Source: Opitutaceae bacterium
Lineage (GTDB): Bacteria; Verrucomicrobiota; Verrucomicrobiia; Opitutales; Opitutaceae
Direction: 5' to 3'
Assembly: GCA_003151495.1 (NCBI GenBank)
Contig: PLXR01000042.1
Span: 84,523 to 148,522 of the forward strand
DNA length: 64,000 nucleotides
In this document: piece after piece, positions 29,108-37,016 of the stretch
Numbering within the stretch: the stretch's first letter is position 1
Layout: every line of letters begins with the position of its first letter
Notes under the pieces: model-generated
What the model saw: the letters and a program-made list of their open reading frames with translations, nothing else
Databases searched by the model: none
Told to the model about the DNA's origin: nothing
Translations under genes and position numbers: made by a program

Positions 29108-31489
29108 ATGGCGCCCCCCGAGAACCCTTCGCCGGCGGCCCAGACCCCTGTTGAGCTTGAGGGGACCCGCATCGGGGAGGCCGGCGCCTCGGCGGCGGCG
29201 GGACTCAAGGCCGTTTTCGAGACCCTCGCCAGGAGTTACGGGGAGATGGGGGTCCTCCGCGGGACGAGGATGCTGCTCGAGATCAACCAGAAGGACGGCT
29301 TCGACTGCCAGAGCTGCGCGTGGCCGACCCCGGACGGGGAACGCCACGTGGCGGAGTTCTGCGAGAACGGTGCGAAGGCCGTCGCGGACGAGGCCACGAG
29401 GACCATGATCACGCGCGAGTTCTTCGGGCGCCACAGCGTGGCTGAGCTCGCCGCCAGGTCCGACTACTGGCTGGGCAAGCAAGGCCGCCTGACGGAGCCG
29501 ATGGTCCTCAGGCCGGGCGCGTCGCACTACGAGCCCATTGCCTGGGACGACGCCTTCGCGCTCGTGGCCGCGGAGCTGAAGAAGCTGGCCTCGCCGGACC
29601 AGGCCTCCTTCTACACCTCCGGCCGCACGAGCAACGAGGCCGCGTTCCTCTACCAGCTCTTCGTCCGCGCGTTTGGGACGAACAACCTGCCGGACTGCTC
29701 GAACATGTGCCACGAGTCGAGCGGCGCCGCGCTCAGCCCGATGATCGGGATAGGCAAGGGCTGTGTGACGCTCGCCGACTTCGAGAAGGCCGACGCCGTC
29801 TTCATCGTGGGGCAGAACCCGGGCACGAACCACCCGAGGATGCTGACGACGCTGCAGGCCGCGCGGCGGCGCGGCTGCAGGATCGTCAGCATCAACCCCC
29901 TGCCCGAGCTCGGGCTCGCGCACTTCAAGAACCCCCAGGAGCTCATGAACCCCCTGCGGGTCCCCGGGATCCTCTTCGGGAAGGGCGAGGCCATCGCGGA
30001 CCTGTGGCTGCCGGTGCGGATCAGCGGGGACATGGCCGTCTTCCAGGGGATCATGAAGGAGATGATTGAGGCCGAGGAGGCTCGGCCCGGGACGGTCCTC
30101 GACCGCGCGTTCATCGCGGGAAGCACGGCGGGATCGGAGGAGCTCCTGGCGCACCTGCGCACGGTGACCTGGGAGGAGATCACCTTGGCGACCGGCCTTT
30201 CGCGGGAGCAGATCGGCCGCGCCGCCTCGGTCGCCATCGGCTCAAGAGCCATCATCGCCTGCTGGGCGATGGGCCTCACCCAGAACAGGGACGCCGTAGG
30301 CACCATCCAGGAGATCATGAACTTCCTGCTTCTCGGGGGGAACATCGGCCGCCCGGGCGCCGGGCCCTGCCCGGTCCGGGGCCACAGCAACGTGCAGGGC
30401 GACCGGACCATGGGGATCTTCGATAAGCCCTCGGCGCGGTTCCTCGACAGCCTCGGGGCGGAGTTCTCGTTCAAGCCCCCGAGGGCCGACGGCCTGGACG
30501 TGGTGGCCACGATCAAGGCGATGCACGCGGGGCGGGTGAAGGTGCTCTTCTGCATGGGCGGCAATTTCCTGTCGGCGACCCCCGACACCGAGTTCACGGC
30601 GGAGGCGCTGCGCCGGTGCGCGCTCACGGCGCAGGTTGCGACGAAGCTCAATCGCTCCCACCTGGTAACGGGGGCGACCGCCCTCATCCTGCCGTGCCTG
30701 GGGAGGTCGGAGGTGGACCGCCAGCCCGCGGGAGACCAGTTCGTGACGGTCGAGGACAGCATGGGGATCATCAACCCCTCCCGGGGGAGCCTCAGGCCGG
30801 CCTCGGCCGGCCTCCGGAGCGAGCCGGCGATCGTCGCCGGCTTGGCCAAGGCCGTCCTGGGGCCGTCGGTTCCCGCCGACTGGGACAGCCTCGCCGGGGA
30901 CTATGATCGCATCCGCGACCGCATCGAGCGGGTCGTCCCCGGGTTCGCGGACTTCAACCGGCGCATCCGGCTGGGCCCGTTTTACCTGCCGAACGCCCCG
31001 CGCGACGAGCGGAGGTTCCCCACCGCGGGTGGGAAGGCGAACTTCATCGCCCACACCCTCCGGCGCGAGACCCTCGGGCCCGGCGAGCTCGTCATGATGA
31101 CGATCCGCTCGCACGACCAGTTCAACACGACAATTTACGGGCTCGATGACCGCTACCGCGGCATCTACAACGGCCGTCGGGTGGTCTTCATGAACGGGGC
31201 GGACATCGCCGAGCGCGGCCTGGTGCAGGGACAGCTGGTCGATCTCACGAGCCATTTCAATGGCGAGCGGCGCAATGCACCGTCCTTCATGGTGGCGCCC
31301 TTCGACATGCCCAGGGGGTGCGCCGCGACTTATTTCCCGGAGGCCAACGTGCTGGTCCCCGTGGACAGCGTCGCGGGGGTGAGCAACACCCCGACCTCCA
31401 AGTACGTCGTGATCACGGTCGCGCCGGCGGCGGATCCCGAGACAGGGGCGGCGGCTCTTCGCGCGGAGTGGGCGCAGGGCCCGGGTTAA
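29108..31489 (+). CDS. FdhF/YdeP-family molybdopterin oxidoreductase
   Basis: N-terminal GFDCQSCAWP...EFCENGAKA, typical of the YdeP subgroup. MopB-type domains throughout and a C-terminal barrel domain. Confidence 0.88.
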   Translation: MAPPENPSPAAQTPVELEGTRIGEAGASAAAGLKAVFETLARSYGEMGVLRGTRMLLEINQKDGFDCQSCAWPTPDGERHVAEFCENGAKAVADEATRTMITREFFGRHSVAELAARSDYWLGKQGRLTEPMVLRPGASHYEPIAWDDAFALVAAELKKLASPDQASFYTSGRTSNEAAFLYQLFVRAFGTNNLPDCSNMCHESSGAALSPMIGIGKGCVTLADFEKADAVFIVGQNPGTNHPRMLTTLQAARRRGCRIVSINPLPELGLAHFKNPQELMNPLRVPGILFGKGEAIADLWLPVRISGDMAVFQGIMKEMIEAEEARPGTVLDRAFIAGSTAGSEELLAHLRTVTWEEITLATGLSREQIGRAASVAIGSRAIIACWAMGLTQNRDAVGTIQEIMNFLLLGGNIGRPGAGPCPVRGHSNVQGDRTMGIFDKPSARFLDSLGAEFSFKPPRADGLDVVATIKAMHAGRVKVLFCMGGNFLSATPDTEFTAEALRRCALTAQVATKLNRSHLVTGATALILPCLGRSEVDRQPAGDQFVTVEDSMGIINPSRGSLRPASAGLRSEPAIVAGLAKAVLGPSVPADWDSLAGDYDRIRDRIERVVPGFADFNRRIRLGPFYLPNAPRDERRFPTAGGKANFIAHTLRRETLGPGELVMMTIRSHDQFNTTIYGLDDRYRGIYNGRRVVFMNGADIAERGLVQGQLVDLTSHFNGERRNAPSFMVAPFDMPRGCAATYFPEANVLVPVDSVAGVSNTPTSKYVVITVAPAADPETGAAALRAEWAQGPG

Positions 31490-31848
31490 CCGTGGGGTTT
31501 CGGCCGCAGCGGCCGCCCAGGTGCCCTCCCTACTCATGCTTCCATGCGGTCTAGCGTCCCCTGAAGGCCGCTAATATTACGTGATTCCATGTGGTCCGCC
31601 CAAACGGGGAATCATCCTCGGAGTCGTCCCAGGTGCGCTGCAGGCCCGTCGCGATATTGATGATGAAGGTTTAAGCCATGGCGACGGTCCGCGAAATTCG
31701 GCGCACCAGGGTCTTCCTGCCCCGCGGTTGCCGGGGCGGCTGTTGCCGCGGGAGACCTTATTGGATTGCAGCCTGACATTCCGGATGGATTTCCTCCGTT
31801 GAGCGAAAGATCCCATTTTCCTTCGCATCAGCGACAACCCATTCTCCC

Positions 31849-32853
31849 ATGCCGCTCTATTGGATGATATCGGACCGCAACGTGCTCGCCGACGGGTTCG
31901 GGGGCGACTGCGGGGGATTGTCCTATTGGGTGAGCGATGGGGGTGCGCTCGACTCGTTTGCGAGCTGGACCCGGAAATCGCACGATGACTTCAAGAACGC
32001 GCTGATTTCGGCGGCGGACAAATTCCCCATCCTGTCGCAGGCGGAAAACGAGAAGCAGCAGCACGTGACGTTCATGGTGCACGGCTACAACGTGGGATGG
32101 GGGGATGCGGCAAAGCGCTACCAGCAGCTTTGCACCAACCTCTTCAGCGGCCCGAACTCGCTGGGGATCTGCGTCAGCTACGACTGGCCGTCGCTGGGAA
32201 GCGTTCTCGGCTATCTCCCGGACCGCGAACACGCGCGCGCCTGCGCCTCGGACCTGGCGACGGTGCTGTCGGAGCTTTACAGCTGGCTGCTGGGGAAGCA
32301 GCAGGGAGCGGCCGATCCTGCGACGGCATGCAAGGCCAAGCTGTCGATCGTGAGCCACAGCATGGGCAATTATCTCATGCAAAAGGCGATGGCCAGCGCC
32401 TGGGCCAGGACGAATCAGCCCCTGCTCGCGAGCCTGATCAACCAGCTTGTGATGGTCGCCGCCGACGTGGACAACGATCTGTTCGAGCCCACGGCAAACG
32501 ATGGCGCGGACGGCAATGCGGTGGCGAACCTCTGTTACAGGGTCACGTCGCTCTATTCCGGCAGGGACGCGGTGCTAGGGGCGTCGGCCGGGCTGAAGCA
32601 TTTCGGGACCCGGAGATTGGGGCGCAGCGGACTGGCGGTCGAGCCGCCAACGGGCAAGGACAACATCTGGGATGTCGACTGCTCGGGGTTCTTTCCCCCG
32701 GCGGTGGAGGGCCTCCAGATCCACAGCGCCTATTTTGACCAGCCGGAGGTCATCTCGCTCATGGGGAAGCTGCTCATCGGCCTCGACCGGACCGTGCTCG
32801 AGGCCACGGGGGCGACAAAGGGAAGCCTCTGGCCCGTGCCGCCCGCCCAATAG
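31849..32853 (+). CDS. Alpha/beta hydrolase, DUF900-like
   Basis: FMVHGYN, the nucleophile elbow VSHSMGN (GxSxG variant) and VAADVD. It follows a 360-bp lower-GC intergenic region, and the gene's GC looks lower than that of its neighbours. Confidence 0.75.
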   Translation: MPLYWMISDRNVLADGFGGDCGGLSYWVSDGGALDSFASWTRKSHDDFKNALISAADKFPILSQAENEKQQHVTFMVHGYNVGWGDAAKRYQQLCTNLFSGPNSLGICVSYDWPSLGSVLGYLPDREHARACASDLATVLSELYSWLLGKQQGAADPATACKAKLSIVSHSMGNYLMQKAMASAWARTNQPLLASLINQLVMVAADVDNDLFEPTANDGADGNAVANLCYRVTSLYSGRDAVLGASAGLKHFGTRRLGRSGLAVEPPTGKDNIWDVDCSGFFPPAVEGLQIHSAYFDQPEVISLMGKLLIGLDRTVLEATGATKGSLWPVPPAQ

Positions 32854-32919
32854 GGCGGCATGCTGATTCCCGGTCCGGGCGGCCGCGCCTGCCTTGCCGA
32901 CTCCCACGCGCTGGAGATG

Positions 32920-33855
32920 CTAGCCGTGGAGCAGCGGGAGGCGCTCAAGCGAGGCCCCCGTGCGGACGGCGACGAGCGCGCACACCTTGGGGACGTACAT
33001 CCGCGTCTCGGAGGGCAGGGCGGCCGCGATTCCTGCAAAGTCGTTCGCGCCCCGCGAGGCGAGCAGGCGGCCGACCCGCCCCTCCCCGGCGTTGTAGGCG
33101 GCGAGCGCGAGCGGCCAGCTTCCGAATTTCAAATAGAGCGAGCGGAGGTAGCGGGCGCTCGCGCGGGCGGATTTCTCGGGGTCCGACCTGTCATCGGGCA
33201 GGAACGTGCTGAGGCCGAGGCCGTGGGCCGTGTCGGGCATGAGCTGGAACAGACCCCTGGCGCCGGACGGACTGCGTGCGGAGGGGTTCAGGCTTGATTC
33301 GGCCTCGGCTATCCACGCCAGCTCGGGGGGCACGCCTTCTGCGGAGAAGGCCGCACGGAGCACGGGCATGAGCCCGGCCGCGGCCGCAGGCACCGGGCGG
33401 CTGCGCTCGCGTGACATCCAAAGGTCGTAAAGGGGGACGGAGGACGACGGGACGCGAACGCTCGGGGTGCGGGGAGGGGGCTCCCTCGACTGGGCGACCG
33501 CCTGCTTTGCGGCCTCGATCTCGTCAATCCGCAGGGCGAGCCAGTCGGCGTAGTCCTCGTTTCCGGGCAACGCCCGGAGCGCCGCAAGCGCGGTGCGCGC
33601 CTCGGGCTCGTACCCGGCGAGCTCCTCGAGCGAGTTGCCGTCAAGCGCGCGCTGAAGCCTCGCGGCAAACTTGTCCCAGTCGTCTTTCGTCGGAAAGGTA
33701 TACTGCTCCTTGACGTCGGCGGGCGCATATTGGTCGAAGAGGCTCTGCCCGAGATTGTAGAGAGCGTCGGCATCCGCGGGCGTCGGGGTCGGCTCGGGGG
33801 CCGCAAGAAGGGCGCCGGTAGCCAGAAAGAGGATCCATCGCACGCGTCTGATCAC
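32920..33855 (-). CDS. Lytic transglycosylase (SLT domain)
   Basis: AWIAEAESSLNP (catalytic ES), GLFQLMP and AYNAGEGRV. The GTG start at 33853-33855 gives the signal peptide VIRRVRWILFLATGALLAAP. Confidence 0.88.
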   Translation of the reverse strand: MIRRVRWILFLATGALLAAPEPTPTPADADALYNLGQSLFDQYAPADVKEQYTFPTKDDWDKFAARLQRALDGNSLEELAGYEPEARTALAALRALPGNEDYADWLALRIDEIEAAKQAVAQSREPPPRTPSVRVPSSSVPLYDLWMSRERSRPVPAAAAGLMPVLRAAFSAEGVPPELAWIAEAESSLNPSARSPSGARGLFQLMPDTAHGLGLSTFLPDDRSDPEKSARASARYLRSLYLKFGSWPLALAAYNAGEGRVGRLLASRGANDFAGIAAALPSETRMYVPKVCALVAVRTGASLERLPLLHG

Positions 33856-34119
33856 CGCCAAATGATACTCGAGAGTCCCCGCAAGACGAGCCGCGGCAGC
33901 CGAATTTCCGGGACGCTTCGAGTCGTGCGCCGGATGGGGCGGGATCGGGACTCGGGACCCATGGCGTTGTCCGAAGAAGCTTGCTGCCAAAACCCACCCG
34001 TGTCTTTAGGGTGGGTTCGAGAAGCAGCGATACCCCTGTTCCCCAGACACAACACCGCAAGATCCCGTGCTACCCCGCATCCTCGAGGCGGGTCGCACAC
34101 CCCCCAATCAGACAGCCCC

Positions 34120-34677
34120 ATGAGCGATGCCACGCGAATCCTGCAGGAGGGAGGCCTTGCGGACGCACGCGCCTCGGAGGAGCTCCTGCCCATGGTCTAC
34201 AAGGACCTGCGCCGGCATGCGGCCGTGAGGATGGCGGGCGAGGCCCCGGGCCAGACGCTTCAGCCCACGGCGCTCGTGCACGAGGCGTGGCTACGGATGT
34301 CGGGCAAGCGGGCGAGCGTATGGCAGAACCGAGCCCACTTCTTCGGGGCGGCCTCCGAGGCGATGCGCCGCATCCTGATCGAGAAGGCCCGGTACAAGGC
34401 CAGGCTCAAGCGGGGGGGCAATCCCGTCAGGCTCGACATCGAGAAGCTCGACCTGGTCGCGGCGTCCCCGGACGAGAAGCTCGTCCTGATAGACGAGGCC
34501 ATTGAAAGGCTCAGGGCCCAGGACCCCGAGAAGGCGCGGGTCGTCGTGCTCAAGTTCTTCGAGGGCCTCACGAACAAGGAGGCCGCCGAATGCCTCGGGA
34601 TAGCCGAGCGGACCGTGGAGCGGCACTGGGCCTACGCCAAGGTCTGGCTGTTCCAGAGCATCAGGGCTGCGGGCTGA
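34120..34677 (+). CDS. ECF-type RNA polymerase sigma factor (Sigma70_ECF / TIGR02999-like)
   Basis: LLPMVYKDLRRHAAVRMAGEAPGQTLQPTALVHEAWLRM is the family hallmark. C-terminal region-4 HTH NKEAAECLGIAERTVERHW. Confidence 0.92.
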   Translation: MSDATRILQEGGLADARASEELLPMVYKDLRRHAAVRMAGEAPGQTLQPTALVHEAWLRMSGKRASVWQNRAHFFGAASEAMRRILIEKARYKARLKRGGNPVRLDIEKLDLVAASPDEKLVLIDEAIERLRAQDPEKARVVVLKFFEGLTNKEAAECLGIAERTVERHWAYAKVWLFQSIRAAG

Positions 34678-34706
34678 GGCCGACCCGCGGGACGGACACC
34701 CGGACG

Positions 34707-36926
34707 ATGAACGCCACGAGGCATGACGAGGAGGCCGTCTTCATCGCGGCGCGCGAGTTCGGTGACCCCGTGGCCCGGAGGGACTTCCTCGACACGGCGT
34801 GCCGGGGGGACGCCGAGCTGCGCGCGCGGGTGGAGGGCCTCCTGGCCGCGGAGGCGGAGGCCGAGCAGTTCTTCACGGAGGGCAGCACGGCGATGAGCCT
34901 CGCGGGACCCGCGGCGCCCCGCTCCTGGAGTGCGTCGACCGCCGGGGAGGCTGTCCTCCCGGGGCTTGTCGAGGAGGAGTCCGTCGGGACGCGGATCGGG
35001 CGCTACAAGCTCGTCCAGAAGATAGGGGAGGGCGGCTGCGGCGTCGTCTACATGGCCGAGCAGGAGGAGCCCGTCCGAAGGCGCGTCGCCCTGAAGATCA
35101 TCAAGCTCGGGATGGAGACGAAGAGTGTCATCGCGCGCTTCGAGGCCGAGCGCCAGGCGCTCGCGATGATGGACCATCCCAACATCGCCCGGGTCTTCGA
35201 CGCCGGGGCGACCGACCGCGGGTCGCCCTATTTCGTGATGGAGCTGGTGCGCGGGGTGCGCATCACGAAGTACTGTGACAAGAACCGCCTCGGCATCCGC
35301 CAGCGCCTGGACCTCTTCATCCAGATCTGCCACGCGATCCAGCACGCCCACCAGAAGGGGGTCATCCACCGGGACATAAAGCCCTCGAACATCATGGTCG
35401 CGATGCACGACGGCGTGCCCGTCCCGAAGGTGATCGACTTCGGGATCTCCAAGGCGACCGACGCAAGGCTTTCGGACAGGCTCTCGTTCACGGCCTACGC
35501 CCAGGTCATAGGCACCCCCGACTACATGAGCCCGGAGCAGGCGGACGTGAGCGGGCTGGACATCGACACCCGCAGCGACATCTACAGCCTCGGGGTGCTG
35601 CTCTACGAGCTCCTGACGGGAAGGACGCCCTTCGACACGAAGGAGCTCCTCGGGGCGGGGATCGACGACTTCCGGAGGACGCTCCGCGAGAGGGCCCCGC
35701 CCCGGCCCTCCGAGCGCCTCCTGACGCTTGAGCGCGCCGACGTCGTGGCCGCGGCGCAGTGCCGGCAGACGGACCCCTCGAGCCTCTACTCGCTGCTCCG
35801 GGGCGACCTCGACTGGGTTGTCATGAAGGCGCTCGAGAAGGACCACAGGCGCAGGTACGAGACGGCCAACGGGCTCGCGATGGACATCCACCGGCACCTG
35901 GGCTGCGAGCCGGTCACGGCGCACCCGGCGAGCGGGCTCTACCAGTTCAAGAAGCTCGTGCGAAGGAACCGGGTGGTGTTCGCGACGGGCGGCGCGGTCG
36001 CGGTCGCGCTCGTCATCGGCCTGGGGACCTCGACATGGCTCTTCCTCAGGGAGAGGGAGGCCCGCCAGCGCGCCGTGACGGCCGAGCAGCAGCAGGCGCA
36101 CCTGCGCATCGAGGCCGAGTCGAGGGCGAGGGTGACCCAGGCCGCGCTCCTCGTCAGCCAGGGGAAGTTCGACGAGGCCGACCGCCTCCTCGGCGAGGTC
36201 ACCCTGGCGCAGCCGACGGTGGAGGGCGCCGCCGTGCTCCGCTCGGTGGGGGAGTGGCACGCGCTCAGGGGGCACTGGAAGCTCGCCGCGGACCGGTTCA
36301 CCCGCCTGATCCAGGTGGACCTGCTGGACGGGTGGGATGTCTACACCCTGGACTACCTGAGGCTCGGCCCGGCGTTCGTCGAGATGGGCGACTCGGTCGG
36401 CTACGAGCGGTTCCGCGAGGACGCCGTCGCCCGGTTCGGGGGCAGCGGGTGCCCCGCGGGGGACCGGATCCTGAAGATCTGCCTCCTTGCGCCTGCGGAC
36501 GGCCGGCTCCTTGCGCTGCTCAAGCCGGTCGCCGCAGACGCCGCGAGGTCGTACTCCGAGTCCGACCAGGCCGGCGACGGCTTCAAGGCCGCATGGGACT
36601 GCGTCTCGCTGGCCCTCTGGGAATACCGCGAGGGAAACTTTGCCAAGGCGGCGGAGTGGGCCAAGCAGTGCCTCTCCTATCCGGAGAAGAACGCGCCCCG
36701 CGCGGCGACGGCCGAGACGATCCTGGCCATGGCCCAGTTCAGGTTGGGCAAGCCGGACGTGGCCGCCGCCCAGCTGCCGGCCAACGAGGAGAGCATCGAG
36801 GGACGGCTGAAGGGCCGCCTGGACCTCGGAACACCCGTCCAGGGTTTCTGGTTCGACCGGGCGTTCGCAAGGATCCTGTCGCGGGAGGCGAGGGCGCTGA
36901 TAGACCCGCACGGCACCTGGCAATAG
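34707..36926 (+). CDS. Ser/Thr protein kinase with TM helix and TPR-like C-terminal domain
   Basis: IGEGGCGVVY...ALKIIK, HRDIKPSNIM, DFGISK and GTPDYMSPEQ. TM helix VVFATGGAVAVALVIGLGTSTWLFL. The gene starts 30 nt after the sigma factor gene. Confidence 0.92.
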   Translation: MNATRHDEEAVFIAAREFGDPVARRDFLDTACRGDAELRARVEGLLAAEAEAEQFFTEGSTAMSLAGPAAPRSWSASTAGEAVLPGLVEEESVGTRIGRYKLVQKIGEGGCGVVYMAEQEEPVRRRVALKIIKLGMETKSVIARFEAERQALAMMDHPNIARVFDAGATDRGSPYFVMELVRGVRITKYCDKNRLGIRQRLDLFIQICHAIQHAHQKGVIHRDIKPSNIMVAMHDGVPVPKVIDFGISKATDARLSDRLSFTAYAQVIGTPDYMSPEQADVSGLDIDTRSDIYSLGVLLYELLTGRTPFDTKELLGAGIDDFRRTLRERAPPRPSERLLTLERADVVAAAQCRQTDPSSLYSLLRGDLDWVVMKALEKDHRRRYETANGLAMDIHRHLGCEPVTAHPASGLYQFKKLVRRNRVVFATGGAVAVALVIGLGTSTWLFLREREARQRAVTAEQQQAHLRIEAESRARVTQAALLVSQGKFDEADRLLGEVTLAQPTVEGAAVLRSVGEWHALRGHWKLAADRFTRLIQVDLLDGWDVYTLDYLRLGPAFVEMGDSVGYERFREDAVARFGGSGCPAGDRILKICLLAPADGRLLALLKPVAADAARSYSESDQAGDGFKAAWDCVSLALWEYREGNFAKAAEWAKQCLSYPEKNAPRAATAETILAMAQFRLGKPDVAAAQLPANEESIEGRLKGRLDLGTPVQGFWFDRAFARILSREARALIDPHGTWQ

Positions 36927-37016
36927 CAGGGCCGTGCTGTCGGCTTTGCCCCAGGGAAGGCGCATGAGGGGCAGGGCAACCCCCCGCCACGAACACGGGC
37001 GGAACGCCCGGGCAAC

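Noticed and set aside
28184-30154. 656-aa minus-strand ORF.
   Set aside because: It is antisense to FdhD and the YdeP-like oxidoreductase. No motifs and shadow-like composition.
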